This document shows positions 63,586 to 64,000 of a DNA stretch of 64,000 nucleotides, piece after piece. The notes beneath the pieces are model-generated. The model did no database searches, was not told the origin of the DNA, and saw nothing but the letters and a program-made list of their open reading frames with translations. How positions within the stretch are numbered: the first letter of the stretch is position 1; every line of letters starts with the position of its first letter. The position numbers were made by a program, and so were the translations under genes. The stretch covers positions 3,842-67,841 of the IMG/VR virus record IMGVR_UViG_3300024046_000005. One strand, given 5' to 3'. Origin of the DNA: a virus. Lineage: Duplodnaviria; Caudoviricetes.

Positions 63586-64000
63586 ATGAGCAAACCCCTC
63601 GCCGTCATCGGCAAGATCATCGAAACCGCGCCCATCGAGGGCGCAGACCGCATCCAGCAGGCCATCGTTGTGTGCGGCGCATCCGGCAAGTGGACGGGTG
63701 TTGTCGGCAAGGATATTGCTGTGGGCGACACAGTGACCGCGTTCCTGCAGGATGCCATCCTGCCGCCCGATCCGAGCTGGGCCTTCATGGAAAAGCACCA
63801 TTGGCGCGTGCGCATGGCCCGCTTCAAGGGCGTACCAAGCGAATGCGTCATCATTCCTGGCGCGCCCGACATGCCGCCCGGCACCGACCTGACCGAAGTC
63901 CTGGGCGTCACCAAGTACGAAAAACCCATCCCCTCCAGCATGAGCGGCGATGCCGTGGGCGCATTCCCTAGCTTCATCCCCAAGACCGACGAGCCGAACT
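63586..64000 (+). CDS. ATP-dependent RNA ligase, DRB0094-like (5' part; runs off window)
   Basis: Manual translation MSKPLAVIGKIIETAPIEGADRIQQA...RVRMARFKGVPSE...LGVTKYE...FPSFIPKTDE. Confidence 0.8.
   Translation, partial: MSKPLAVIGKIIETAPIEGADRIQQAIVVCGASGKWTGVVGKDIAVGDTVTAFLQDAILPPDPSWAFMEKHHWRVRMARFKGVPSECVIIPGAPDMPPGTDLTEVLGVTKYEKPIPSSMSGDAVGAFPSFIPKTDEPN

Noticed and set aside
1-64000. Integrase, att sites, IS elements, rRNA or host genes
   Set aside because: None recognised; the prophage boundaries lie outside the window.

Overview
The whole 64 kb is the interior of a temperate, lambdoid/HK97-like siphophage (prophage). High GC and gene style suggest a betaproteobacterial, probably Comamonadaceae-like host (inference). 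No integrase, att site or host gene is visible, so both ends lie outside the window. Minus strand, ~44.4 kb to 0: cro, cII-like, helicase-methylase, replication initiator, DnaB, Nin genes, Q-like antiterminator, late promoter, HNH/terminase/head/tail and lysis genes. Plus strand, 44.45-64 kb: cI and the PL early operon (ERF/YqaJ/RdgC recombination, dUTPase, C5 methylase, RNA ligase). Main highlights: (1) a complete diversity-generating retroelement at 48.5-51.3 kb (avd, TR, RT). It has TWO tandem small DUF1566-like targets in the early operon, not the tail; each VR differs from the 79-bp TR at 10 positions, all TR adenines. (2) A 4.6-kb opposite-strand island between Q and the late promoter, built like stacked anti-CRISPR/anti-defence operons: an Aca2-like repressor, a second Aca-like HTH, two strong promoters sharing a 19-bp palindromic operator, seven small unknown ORFs, a MucR-like protein and a displaced Rz/Rz1 pair. 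(3) An endonuclease VII gene nested in another frame inside a helicase-methylase ORF that stays open across the insertion. (4) A c4-type antisense RNA controlling rha, and an ORF-poor region with tRNA-like structures just upstream of the DGR. All calls come from reading the sequence and remembered family motifs; no database searches or folding programs were run.
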